64,000 nucleotides of DNA from contig OX597819.1 in NCBI GenBank assembly GCA_951406725.2, positions 115,506,001 to 115,570,000 of the forward strand, written 5' to 3'. This DNA comes from Octopus vulgaris (lineage: Eukaryota). This document shows positions 14,821 to 27,562 of this stretch, piece after piece. The notes under the pieces are model-generated. The model did no database searches. It saw only the letters and a list, made by a program, of their open reading frames with translations, and had not been told where the DNA came from. How positions within the stretch are numbered: the stretch's first letter is position 1; every line of letters begins with the position of its first letter. Both the position numbers and the translations under genes were made by a program.

Positions 14821-16027
14821 TTTCGTTTTCTAACTAATTTTCCCTTCACTCGTCAATTCAAATTCAGAACTGAAGCTTATAAGCGTAACTTTGTTCGTAT
14901 GATTATCTATTCATTACTCCCTCCCAGTATATCTAAGTAAACATCGCTCTCGATTCTCCCTTATTTGCTGGTCAAAAAAAGCATACATATATGTACAACT
15001 TTAAATACCATATAAGGGGTTATATATTTAAAAAATAAAAACAATATCCTATGTAACATTTTAGTAACTGCCATCAATCATATCTCATATATATTTTCAA
15101 CCCCGTGTTTGGTTAGAAACAACAATATAAGGTCAATCGATAGTTTTTCCTGTTCTTCACATGTAATATATTCAGTTAATTCGAAATACTATTTATTTAA
15201 TTACATAAATTATCTTTAAATTAATTACTTGATATGTATTTAAATATATTGTCCATTTAGACGTTGTATTTAAGTAAATATATATATCTTTTATTCTATG
15301 ATTCTAAGCCTACTTTTCTGATAAATATATTCCTTTCGTAATTGACACAAACCAAGTATAATTATTTACCTTGTCGTTATTATAGACACTTTAATAAAAT
15401 GCTGTATTTAATCAATTCCTTATTAACTATATTAATGCCCCTGTAGTGGTTTAGTGTGTATGTAAACAAATACGTAAACCGATTCATGATTGAAAGGAAT
15501 TTATTTACAGGGTTTGATTTGTTATAAGTACACTACATAAAAAAAGTAGGCAACTGCTACGAGTTGCTAGAAATACAGAGTACATATTAGGAATGACTAT
15601 GTTTGTGTGTGCGCGTTTCATTCGAAACAGTAGTCTATCGGCACTTCGAACATTTCGAACATTTCTCTCTGCCTCTGCGGTTTGCCAAAAACTTGGGTCG
15701 TAGATAGATCTATCTCGTCTGTCTGCTCCCGTCTGTCTGCTTGCCTCTTCTGTTTCACCACGGTTTTATAATATTTGTGGCAGCTAGAAAGACAGACATA
15801 CTGCAGTAGAGTTTGTACCTAAATAGGTCAGCGCTTGTCCAGTTGAACTTCGCCTGACATGCTGAGGTCGCAGGTCAAAGGGAGATGATCAATCAATTTT
15901 TTGACAGAACAAAGAAAACCTTTTTTCGTGCCTGTTGATCGTCGTGGTTTGGACGACCGAGAATTCTTGGATTCGGTTTCGAATCTAGGCTTAGAGAAGG
16001 AAGTTTTAATTCTTACACCCCAGTGAG

Positions 16028-16403
16028 GGAAGCACTCCGTCGGTTACGACGACGAGGGTTCCGGTTGATCCGATCAACGGAACAGCCTGCTCGTGAAATT
16101 AACGTGTAAGTGGCTGAGCACTCCACAGATACGTGTACCCTTAACGTAGTTCTCGGGGATATTCAGCGTGACACAGAGATTGACAAGACCGGCCCTTTGA
16201 AATACAGGTACAACAGAAACAGGAAGTAAGAGTGAGAGAAAGTTGTGGCGAAAGAGTACAGCAGGGATCACCACCAACCCCTGCCGGAGCCTCGTGGAGC
16301 TTTTAGGTGTTTTCGCTCAATAAACACTCACAACGCCTGGTCTGGGAATCGAAACCGCGATCCTACGACCGCGAATCCGCTGCCCTAACCACTGGGCCAT
16401 TGC
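16028..16403 (-). mobile_element. tRNA-derived SINE family C
   Basis: Head TGGCCCAGTGG...GGTTTCGATTCC; target-site duplication cttacaccccagt on both sides. Confidence 0.9.
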
Positions 16404-16555
16404 TTACACCCCAGTATTAGTAGTGTGTATTACTAAAAAAATGTATCAAACCAATATATTAATCATTTCTCTTATATTATCATTTTCAATATAACATTTT
16501 CAAGATATCGTTGAAATAAAATACATTGTTAATTCCACTTATCATTTGTTTATGT

Positions 16556-16937
16556 GGAGGCGCAATGGCCCAGTGGTTAGGGCAGCGGACTCGCGGTCGT
16601 AGGATCGCGGTTTCGATTCCCAGACCGGGCGTTGTGAGTGTTTATTGAGCGAAAACACCTAAAGCTCCACGAGGCGCCGGCAGGGGATGGTGGTGATCCC
16701 TGCTGTACTCTTTCACCACAACTTTCTCTCACTCTTACTTCCTGTTTCTGTTGTACCTGTATTTCAAAGGGCCAGCCTTGTCACTCTCTGTGTCACGCTG
16801 AATACCCCCGAGAACTACGTTAAGGGTACACGTGTCTGTGGAGTGCTCAGCCACTTACACGTTAATTTCACGAGCAGGCTGTTCCGTTGATTCGGATCAA
16901 CCGGAACCCTCGTCGTCGTAACCGACGGAGTGCTTCC
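16556..16937 (+). mobile_element. tRNA-derived SINE family C
   Basis: Full head ggaggcgcaatggcccagtggttaggg; TSD catttgtttat. Confidence 0.9.
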
Positions 16938-17285
16938 TCCCCCATTTGTTTATCTCTGCCACGAAGAGGAAATAAATTAATAACTGATTGTCACGATATT
17001 ATAGTCCTAAATATGACGCTTATAAATAAAATCTTTATAATAAAATCGGAATAAAGTTGCTAGTTTTATCATTATATATCTTTTTGCTTACATAAAAAAA
17101 AGTGTGTTATTGTCTCGGAGATACTTATGGCAGTTGAAATGACATTAGCGCCTATTTCTAACTTCGGTACGTAGCGAAGCAATTAGCTGATCCCTGATCC
17201 CATCGGTTGTCAATTGAGGGTCGGTGACTAACACAAACTCAAAGACACACACGCACCGTACACACACACGCACGCACACGCACAC

Positions 17286-17375
<90 letters not shown>

Positions 17376-19064
17376 ATAATCACATATTTCAATATGCATT
17401 CATATAAGTGCGCGTATAAGAATTTAGAAATTGGAGAGCTATGAAATAAATTGTTCTTTTAATGATAGAACTCTATGTAGATTAAGCTATAAGCTATAGC
17501 ATAAAGAATATGACTTAAAAGAACCCATGAAAGAAGAATGTCGAAGACTTGTTACACACTGTTATTTATAGTTTTACATACACTGGAACTTCTATTTACG
17601 AATTTAATTCGCTCCTGAAGGCAGTTCGTCAACTGTAGTGTTAGTAAACCAAAAGTATTTTCCCCCAAAGAAAATTGAAGAGAAGGCACGGTAAATTGAA
17701 GCAAGGATGTGCACTGAGTAAAAGCTAGTCAGCAACTAACGCCCTTTCTCTCTTTTTCTCTCTCTCCTTTTCTTTCTTTCTCTCTCTCTCGTTCTGTCTG
17801 TCTGTCTCTCCCTCTCTCTCCTCCTCCCCCTCTCTCTTTCATATTCCCAGCTTGTCGCCAACTATTGTTGCCGGCTTGCGTGTTCGTTACTCGAGACACC
17901 GTTCGTCACCCGAAAAATCATTCGTAAACCGATTTGTAGGTGATGAGAGGCGTGTTCGTAAACCGAGGTTCCACTGTACTTCGTGCTTCGCTGTCAAAAA
18001 TAAATTTACTTCATATCTCTCCCATTTTCTAAATTCTTACGATGTAAGCATCTTACAATCCTCGCCGATAAAAACAAAGCTTGAAATTGGATGAAAAAAA
18101 TCGAAGCGTTGCTTTGGTGTAATGGTTGGCGTGTCTTATAGAAAAATAGGTGCGGTTCCTTTGGTCTCATCAAATATTCTACACGCTATCATTTATAGCT
18201 TTATAAATTTTGAGTCCCACAGTTAAAAATAATTTATTTTACGACTTCATACTTTTTGTACGCACAAAAAAATGTGTAATTCATTTTGTGCAATGCATGT
18301 TATTTAGAAATGTTTTTTTTCTACGAAAGTAAGAATGTCAGGAATTCTGACGTCGGCTAAAGCAAGTCTCTTTACTCCAGTAGAAAAGTATTTTCACTAA
18401 GTGCTCTGCATTACAAATCACAGTTTCCTGTCAAAAAAAAAAAAAAGGAAGAAGATCCCCACGAAAAATCGGTATCTTAAAATTCACTGGAAATGAAACC
18501 GAAAGTCATCTTTTTATTGATGGTATGGCAACGTTGTAATTCAGATACCACGATTTTACACAATATATATCAGAATGAGACAAATATTGCTCCAGCAGTG
18601 AATCACGGGAACGCCAGACGCGTTTCGCCCCTCTTGGAGTGCGTCATCCCTGTCAATGGTGTATATATGTTAAGTGTGATACAAAAATGACTTTTATAAT
18701 TAAATGCTGCTTCAATTGCGTACACTGAGTTTATTTAAGTTCGGCAAGCTTTCTGCAATGTTAAACACTGCTATATGACGGATGTGACGAATATGTGTCA
18801 CAAAAAGAAAACAGCTTGAGCGCAATATTAGATAAAACAAGCATTTAATTTGAGACCATATTTGTCGTATATATAGAAATTACTTAATTTCACAATATGC
18901 TTTTATGGATGAGCTAAAATAATGGATCTAGTGTAAGTTAATTGGGGGAAACACACACGCACTTCTAAATTGAACTATTCTCTGCTTAAAATAATCAGCT
19001 GATTACTATAATCTAAGAAGACTATTTCAAAGTTGTCTTCATAAGGGCTTCTATTGCACACACA

Positions 19065-19140
<76 letters not shown>

Positions 19141-19927
19141 TACACACACACACACAAGGACTTTGTGAGGAAACACATTAGTTTCAAGTGTCGTTGAGAG
19201 ACTACCAAACACGGTGCTCTTGGCATGATTTCACCTCCTCAGTCGTTTACTTAGAGTTTAATGCTTCATATAAACAGATGATATAATATTACTATATTTA
19301 TAAGGCGGCGAGCTGGCAGAAACGCGTAGTAGTATTTCGTCTGTCTTTACGTTCTGAGATCAAATTTTGCCAAGGTCGACTTTGCCTTTCATCCTTTTGC
19401 GGTCAATAAATTAAGTACCAGTTGCGTACTGGGGTCGATCTAATCGACTAGCCATCACCCCCAAAATTTCGGGCCTTGTGCCTAGAGTAGAAAAGAATAT
19501 TACTATATTTACTCTATATAATGAGCACTATGTTAGTCATGATTTTTAATTGGAAAATAAAAAATGGGGGTGCGGCTGACACGGGTTGAACCTGAAACTA
19601 TGAGGGAAAAAAATGTTTGCATCAAAGATTTAACACTCATACAGAAGTGAATAGAAGTGTATCAACCTCACAAGCAAGGGACACAACTTACCAACTAACT
19701 TTCGGTGTAATGGGTCGTCTCCCTTACATTTACACATGGCGGTTTTGTGTGAAATTATTACCTATTAGGGAAAATTTCATGAGCAAACAAAACAAAAAAA
19801 AAAGTCTGATTATCAGAAAAGTCACCTGTACTACTAACTGAATTAAAGTGATGAATCAGATCATGGAATAATAAGAAATAAAGTGAATTAACAAGGAAGA
19901 GGCGATCTGGTGGAGCGAAAATTTGTA

Positions 19928-20336
19928 GGCGCAGGAGTGGCTGTGTGGTAAGTAGCTTGCTAACCAACCACATGGTTCCGGGTTCAGTCCCACTGCGTGG
20001 CATCTTGGGCAAGTGTCTTCTGCTATAGCCTCGGGCCGACCAATGCCTTGTGAGTGGATTTGGTAGACGGAAACTGAAAGAAGCCTGTCGTATATATGCA
20101 TATATATATATGCATGTGTGTGTATGTGTTTGTGTGTCTGTGTTTGTCTCCCTAGCATTGCTTGACAACCGATGCTGGTGTGTTTACGTCTCCGTCACTT
20201 AGCGGTTAGGCAAAAGAGACCGATAGAATAAGTACTGGGCTTACAAAGAATAAGTCCCGGGGTCGATTTGCTCGACTAAAGGCGGTGCTCCAGCATGGCC
20301 GCAGTCAAATGACTGAAACAAGTAAAATAGTAAAGT
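19928..20336 (+). mobile_element. SINE family A
   Basis: Matches 2838-3279. Confidence 0.85.
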
Positions 20337-20752
20337 TTGAGAGTCTAAATAAACTACAAATACATTGTCAGGTAAAAAGTAAAGACAGTGCAACTGTTTG
20401 TTTTATGCTTATGTGATAAACATTGACTGGATATATCTATATGAACTGTGCTTCCGTCTGAAATAAGCATAATTTTATGACGTTTGGCATGAAACGTAAG
20501 TATCAATGTCTTATCTTATACAAGGACTATATTTACTGTTGCCCCAGGCTGACCAAAGCCTTGTAAGTGGATTTGCAAGATGGAAACCGAAAGAAATGAA
20601 TTTTCATGGGTGTGTGCGTGCGTGCGCGTGCACGCGTGTATGCGTTGAAAAAATTGTACTAATTAAAAAAATAAATGCACAACCGTACCCCTTCTTGGCT
20701 CCAGTTTTTTTCAGTTATGCACTTATCGCTGACCGGTACTCCATCTGTATTC

Positions 20753-20989
20753 ATAAGGTGGCGAGCTGGCAGAATCGTTAGCACGCCGGGCGAAATGCTT
20801 AGCAGTATTTCGTCTGCGGTTACGTTCTGAGTTCAAATTCCACCAAGATCGACTTTGCCTTTCATTCTTTCGGGGTCGATTAAATAAGTACCAGTTACGC
20901 ACTGGGGTCGATATAATCGACTAAATCCGTTTGTCTGTCCTTGTTTTTCCTCTCTGTGTTTAGCCCCTTGTGGGTAGTAAAGAAATAGA
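20753..20989 (+). mobile_element. SINE family B inserted in an RTE-like LINE
   Basis: 16-bp TSD tactccatctgtattc at 20737-20752 and 20990-21005. Confidence 0.9.
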
Positions 20990-21033
20990 TACTCCATCTG
21001 TATTCTTCAGGGCCGTCACCTCCGATCTATATA

Positions 21034-22324
21034 CGAGAGACGTTCAATAAGTAATGCCTCTGACCCACTTGCAGTTGTTTGATCTAGCTGAAATTTTGTA
21101 TGTGCAATCACTTATATCTCTATAGAGTAAGTGGCAAATTACAGCTCTGAATTAATTGTGATTTCTGATTTACAGGTGTTTGAACCGAGTCATGTGTGAA
21201 ATGGAGCCTGTTGAGTGTCGAGCAGTGATCCGGTTTTTGTATTTGAAAGGACGCACACCACGGGAGACTTTTGATGAAATGAAAGTAACTTATGGTGATG
21301 ATGCCCCATCATATGACCTTGTAAAACGCTGGCATCGTGAATTCAAACATGGTCGGAACTCTGTGGAAACAGCTCCCAGATCTGTTCACCCCCTTCTGCC
21401 ATTGATTAGGCATCTGTCCGTCAAGTTGAGGCTGCCATTTTGGAAGATCGACGCATAATTATTCGCCAAATAGCCCATGAAGTCAAGATTAGTACCGGGT
21501 CTGTGGAAACTATCATTCATGACCATTTGCATATGCAAAAGGTGTCTGCCAGATGGATTCCCAGGTTGCTCACGCCTTTCCAGAAGCAAGAACGCGTCGA
21601 GTGCTCGAGGGTGAATTTGGAGATGTGCCAAGAAGATGAGTCAAAATTTTTCAAAAGACTGATTACACAGGATGAAACCTGGGTCCATCACGATGATCCA
21701 GAGGCCAAATCCCAGTCAATGCAGTGGAAGCACCGTGACTCACCCCCTCCAAAGAAGGCAAGGGTGCAGCCCTCCGCTGGCAAGGTCATGCTCACAGTCT
21801 TCTGGGACCAGGACGGAGTAGTGATGACAGATTTCCTGGCAAAGGGTACCACAATTGCAGGAGCCTATTATGCTTCACTTTTGAGGAAATTAAGAGAAGT
21901 TATCAAAATCAAGAGGCGGGGCAAGATCAGCAAAGGCATCCTCCTCCTGCAGGACAACGCTCCGGTCCACAACTCGCTTGTCGCCAGATCAGAAGCACAG
22001 GCGTATGGCTATGAACTCCTCCCCCATCCCCCTACTTTCCTGACCTTGCACCCTCTGATTTTCACTTCTTCCCAATCATGAAGTTGTTTTTGAAAGGAAA
22101 GCGTTTCCCAGATGATGCAGCCTTGATTTCTGAAGTCACGTTGAGGCTGGAGGACCAAGCTGGGTTATTCTACAAAAACGGTCTCCAGAGCCGCATCAAA
22201 CGATGGGAGAAATGCGTAACTCTGGGTGGTTCCTATGTAGAAAAAGACTAATAACTGTGCCAAGTTTCGTTGCTCTACTGCTATGGGAAGTGGGTCAGGG
22301 GCATTACTTATTGAACGCCCCTCG
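21034..22324 (+). mobile_element. Full-length mariner (Tc1/mariner) transposon with frameshifted transposase
   Basis: TA|cgagagacgttcaataagtaatgcc...ggcattacttattgaacgcccctcg|TA: TIRs of about 37 bp with 3 mismatches. Motifs WIPRLL, ITQDETW and LLQDNA, plus PDLAPSDF in another frame. Confidence 0.95.
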
Positions 22325-23044
22325 TAGTACCATGTCCCTCTTGTATTTCTTGAGGCTCTTCTTTTCCTCTGCGGCCTTCAGGAGCTTCTCCATCCGGTAT
22401 ACCTCAAAGTCTCTCTTCAGTCGCTGACGAAACACTCTGCTGAGAAGGGAATATTCAAGGTGATCATCAACAGTCCGCTTCATACTTTTCCTCTTCTCGA
22501 GTAACTTCGTAATTTCCTCCGAGACTCTTCCTTTCTTCTCTCTCAGACACACTCACTTAGCCTTCCTTAAACACTCATTTCGTTTGCCTATCAGTGAGTT
22601 GTAGTCATCGTGTATGCCGTCTCCTTGGCACCGAGTTTCCTGTATGATGGATTCTTGCAGCTTCACCTCGTTGAAGACTCGGCCACATTTTCCCTTCGAC
22701 GCCAAATGCAGCGCCTTCTTCTCCTTCGTTCCGTCGATGACGACCCTCGCCCTCACCAGACGATGATCGCTGCCGGTGTTGAATGGCGTCACGACGGAGA
22801 CGTCATGTAGTATGTGTCGCTTATGGACCAGAATCGACAATCGACTATATATATATATAGATAGATAGATGTGTGAATGTGAATGTTTACCCCTTGTCTT
22901 AACATCACATAATAGTTGTAAATGCATATCACTGTCATATAAGCAGTCATTCATTTTCAGTAATCTGTGAAAATATGGCAGGCCATAGGGAAATACTCCC
23001 TTGTTTGGAAATAGGTTGGTGACAGGAATAGCATCTGTCCCTCA

Positions 23045-24445
23045 AAAATCTGCCTCAGTAAATTCTGATCAACTCATGCAAGTATGGAAAAGTGAATGTT
23101 CAATACGATGATGATGATTGTGACTACTTAGCCATAGTGATGCTATAAAGCAGTTGTTGGAAGCCAATTTACTTACATTTCAATATGGCTCTGACGAAGC
23201 TATAAGATGTCACACGGGTACTCAGTTCTGTAAATGAGTGTTACTGTTACACAAAGCAATGTCATTCATTTCCTGTCTTCTGTGAAACATGTTGGTCATG
23301 TAGAAATATTCTTTACTACTCTAGGCACAAAGCCCACAACTTTTGGGGAAAGGGCCAGTCGATTAGATTGACCCCAGTATGCAAATGGTATTTAATTTAA
23401 TGACCCTGATAGGATGAAAGGCAAAGTTGACCTCGGCAGAATTTGAACTTGGAATGTAAAGACAGATGAAATACTGCTAAGCATTTTGCCCGGTGTGCTA
23501 ACATTTCTGCTATCTCGCCACCTTGGTCATTACTTTGCTTGGAATTAGATGAGCATTGACAGCAGAATGAGAAATCTGGCTGCAGAAAATCTGCCTCAAT
23601 AAATTCTGATCAACTCGTGTAAATATGGAAAAGTGAATGTTCAATACGATGATGACGATTGTGACTCTGCTTAGCCATAGTGATGCTATAAAGCAGTTGT
23701 TGGAAGCCAATATACTTACATTTCAATATGGCTCTGACGAAGCTATAAGATGTCACACGAGTACTCAGTTCTGTAAATGAGTGTTACTGTTACACAAAGC
23801 AATGTCATTCATTTCCTGTCTTCTGTGAAACATGTTGGTCATGTAGAAATATTCTTTACTACTCTAGGCACAAAGCCCACAACTTTTGGGGAAAGGGCCA
23901 GTCGATTAGATTGACCCCAGTATGCAAATGGTATTTAATTTAATGACCCTGATAGGATGAAAGGCAAAGTTGACCTCGGCAGAATTTGAACTTGGAATGT
24001 AAAGACAGATGAAATACTGCTAAGCATTTTGCCCGGTGTGCTAACATTTCTGCTATCTCGCCACCTTGGTCATTACTTTGCTTGGAATTAGATGAGCATT
24101 GACAGCAGAATGAGAAATCTGGCTGCAGAAAATCTGCCTCAATAAATTCTGATCAACTCGTGTAAATATGGAAAAGTGAATGTTCAATACGATGATGACG
24201 ATTGTGACTCTGCTTAGCCATAGTGATGCTACAAAGCAGTTGTTAGAAGCCAACATACTTACATTTCAATATGGCTCTGACGAAGCTATAAGATGTCACA
24301 CGGCACTCAGTTCTGTAAATGAGTGTTACTATTATACAAGCAATGCCATCCATTTCTTGTATTCTGGGAAACATGTTGGTCATGTAGAAATATTCCCTTG
24401 CTTGGAATCAGACGAGCATTGACAACAGAAAGAGAAATCTGGTTA
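23045..24445. repeat. Tandem duplication with a 543-bp period (two SINE-containing units plus a SINE-free unit)
   Basis: Near-identical ORF-track peptides at 23510 and 24053 are offset by 543 bp. Confidence 0.9.
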
Positions 24446-25129
24446 AAGAAAATCTTTCAATACACTCTATCTGAATGATGATGATGATGATAAATAAATA
24501 GAAAGCAGAATTAGTAGAGCAATGGATAAAATATACTATGGTCGTTGCTTACGTTCTTCCTTTCTCAGGCTGATGTTGCCTTTCTGCATTCCAAGAGCAA
24601 TAAAATGAATATCAAAGCAGCGGGTTTTGACTAAAACCCTTGAGGTTATCGCTCCAGTGTGATCATGATCAGATGATGAAACCAGTTAAAGAATAATGGA
24701 TCTAAAGCATCAAATTCTGATAAACCATTGTAAGTTCCCAATCGCTGGAATTCCTGTGGCATTTTTTACATTTGACCTCTTCATTGTGTTTCGTCACAAA
24801 TCTTCTGTTACCAGTTCCAAAGAGAAGCCTCGCCTAAAATTGACTCTGAAAGTGCATGAAGACAAACTAAATGGTGAAGAATATCAAGAATCCAGGGTGT
24901 CATAATGATTTTAAAAATGAAAAAAAAAAAAAATATTTGCAGTTATCTAAAATAAATTTTTTGAATTTATGAACTTAACATAGAAATCAATAAAAATATC
25001 TTTAAAAAACATTTTGTTCATTTATTTATGTATTTTGATGTTATATATTTCTTTTTATACATTATATATTTACGCATTGAAAATTTATATTTTCACATAT
25101 ATATTTTTGATGTGATCGGACTGAGGATG

Positions 25130-25600
25130 CATCCAGCTAGTCTTGAGATCATCTTTCTCCCGGAAAAGAGACTGTTGATGATACTTAGATGCAGTTCCAT
25201 GCAAAAACCCCAACTGAAGCCGCTCATGGTCTTTGCAATTTCCAACATCATGTTTTCCAAGAACTCCTTTCTAGGCTTTTGAATCTTAGCCTACTGTGGT
25301 GTTGATGCCACCAAGCATGATGACCTTGTCATCCACTGGAGTGTCTTCTGGTAGGTTGTGAAGATCAGCATAGTACTTCTCTCTAACAGGCTAAAATTTG
25401 ACTTTGCTGAAGAGGACCTCCCAGAATCTTAGTGTGGTTTTAAAGCGAACAGGAGTCCCACCAACTTGGTCTTTATTTTCAGACAGATCCAACAGAAATG
25501 CAGAGAGCAGAATAAAGGTCTTTATATTTCCTTTGTTGACCTCACCAAAATATTTGACACTGAATAGAAAATGTCTATGCAAATCCTGGAGCATGTTGGC
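25130..25600 (+). mobile_element. Degraded LINE reverse-transcriptase fragment (RTE-like)
   Basis: Broken frames resembling CGF...LVFI.RQIQQKCREQNKGLYISFVDLTK.FD. Confidence 0.6.
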
Positions 25601-26233
25601 GCCAAATGCAGCGCCTTCTTCTCCTTCGTTCCGTCGATGACGACCCTCGCTCTCACCAGACGATGATCGCTACCGGTGTTGAATGGCGTCACGACGGAGA
25701 CATCATGTAATATACGTCGCTTATGGACCAGAATCGACTATATATATATATAGATAGATATGTGAATGTTTACCCCTTGTCTTAACATCACATAATACTT
25801 GTAAATGCGTGTCACTGTCATATAACCTTCTGGGCCAGATCATATACAGCATCGCCCTATCTGAGCCCTTCCCTGCTAGCAATGGTGTGAAGAAAAGAGT
25901 ATCCACATATCAAAGCTTTTCACCATCTTCTTCAGTAGGCCACGGAATACCTTGGCAACGAAGACAACATCTTCATTCATGCGCACACACTGGTATGCAT
26001 GCGTACATGCATACGAATATACATATGTCCATATGAATGAATACGCATGTGTGTGTTTATGCGTGTATGTGTTTGCATGTGTGCGTATGCATGTGTATGT
26101 GTGCGCGTGTACGCGCGTGCATGTTCGTCCAAGCAGACGAGCGCGGCAATGAAGACAACATCTTCATTCATGCGCACACACTGGTATGCATGCGTAAATG
26201 CATACGAATATACATATATAAGACATTTTAGCT

Positions 26234-26292
<59 letters not shown>

Positions 26293-26418
26293 GAGAGAGT
26301 GGACAGACGAAATAAGGGCGCTCAAACAATTTATTAGGAGTTACATGTATGGATCTAAACAGTTTGGTTCAAACTTATTGGTACTCTTGAGTTTGAAGCG
26401 TGATGCTAGTCGTCAGCC

Positions 26419-26449
<31 letters not shown>

Positions 26450-26522
26450 TACCGGAGTAAACACATAAATGTGAAACAAGGTGGAAAAAAGAGTACTCAA
26501 ATACCAGTGGTAGAGTAATATG

Positions 26523-26721
26523 CTTTATTTTAAGCAGCAGAAAATTCAACAAAATCTGTTACTCTGAGTTTCTCGTTGCCGTTCATCAGACAGCTTTTGC
26601 TAGAATGGAACTTATATATTAATTAATATATAAGTTCCATTCTAGCAAAAACTGTCTGATGAACGGCAACGAGAAACTCAGAGTAACAGATTTTGTTGAA
26701 TTTTCTGCTGCTTAAAATAAA

Positions 26722-26722
<1 letters not shown>
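26523..26722. repeat. Near-perfect 200-bp palindrome with one hammerhead per arm
   Basis: Centre at 26622/26623 (taa|tta); flanked by (TA)n. A second palindrome of about 100 bp follows at 26752-26850. Confidence 0.9.
26652..26689 (+). ncRNA. Minimal type I hammerhead ribozyme (mirror copy at 26556-26593, - strand)
   Basis: Stem I CTGT/ACAG; CTGATGA; short stem II aCGgcaaCGa; GAA; quasi-palindromic stem III ACTC-A-GAGT; GUA triplet. Confidence 0.7.
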
Positions 26723-26753
<31 letters not shown>

Positions 26754-27030
26754 CCAAGGCTGTGTAGATATTAGATTATTTATAGATAGAAGGTCTTACA
26801 GCTGTAAGACCTTCTATCTATACATGCTCTAATATCTACACAGCCTTGGTTTTTTTTTATCTTATTACAGAAGAAATTCTTACATACACACGCTGACATA
26901 GAACCAACGTTGACATAGAACCCCTTATTCACATTCGCAAAATTACCGAATCTGGAACTTAACTATGGTCTGTCTATAGCACTTATTCAGCATTACCTGA
27001 CACCTTTGGGTCTCAATGACAGCATTATAT

Positions 27031-27083
<53 letters not shown>

Positions 27084-27211
27084 TATATGTATGTGTATAT
27101 ATATATAATATACATCATATATATTATATATATATCTATGTTTGTACGAGTTATTGTATACATACATACATACATACATACATACATACATACATACATA
27201 CATACATACAT

Positions 27212-27242
<31 letters not shown>

Positions 27243-27562
27243 TACCTATTGGCGTTGTTTTTAATATTAGTTGTATCCTGATAATGTCAGTCATGTCGAT
27301 ATGATTACATTGACATTTACACCGAGGGTACTTTGACACTTCGCTTATCATCGTTAACATGCTTGTATGACGGTCGTTACTGTTCTGGTTTAGCCCCAGG
27401 TCAACCCTGATAAAGCATATCTGTAATCAAAAGCCTTCCAGCCGTGACAACCACCCTATGAATAAACCCTTGTTTTTTGCTAAACGGTGTGGAGTGATTT
27501 GAATGCGATTTGGCTGCTATTGTTAGTAGGTCAAACAATCTCTTATTTGGCTTGTGTGATTA

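Larger units (their letters stand above)
20700..22840 (-). mobile_element. RTE-like LINE fragment (endonuclease-to-RT linker) interrupted by the SINE and the mariner
   Basis: Minus peptide ILVHKRHILHDVSVVTPFNTGSDHRLVRARV (APE SDH motif). The frame MVL|YRSEVTALKNTDGV|PVSDK is restored when both insertions are removed. Confidence 0.75.

Noticed and set aside
16556-16630. tRNA-like sequences at SINE heads (also 2838, 9107 and 10676)
   Set aside because: Imperfect cloverleaves fused to repeat bodies, often with TSDs; these are SINE heads, not tRNA genes.
24815-24905. Alternative terminal exon for copy 1 (FQREASPKIDSESA* in phase 0, or SKEKPRL...ESRVS* in another frame)
   Set aside because: Weaker acceptor, 16 kb from the donor, and the longer frame is phase-incompatible. 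11852-11905 is preferred, but neither is proven.
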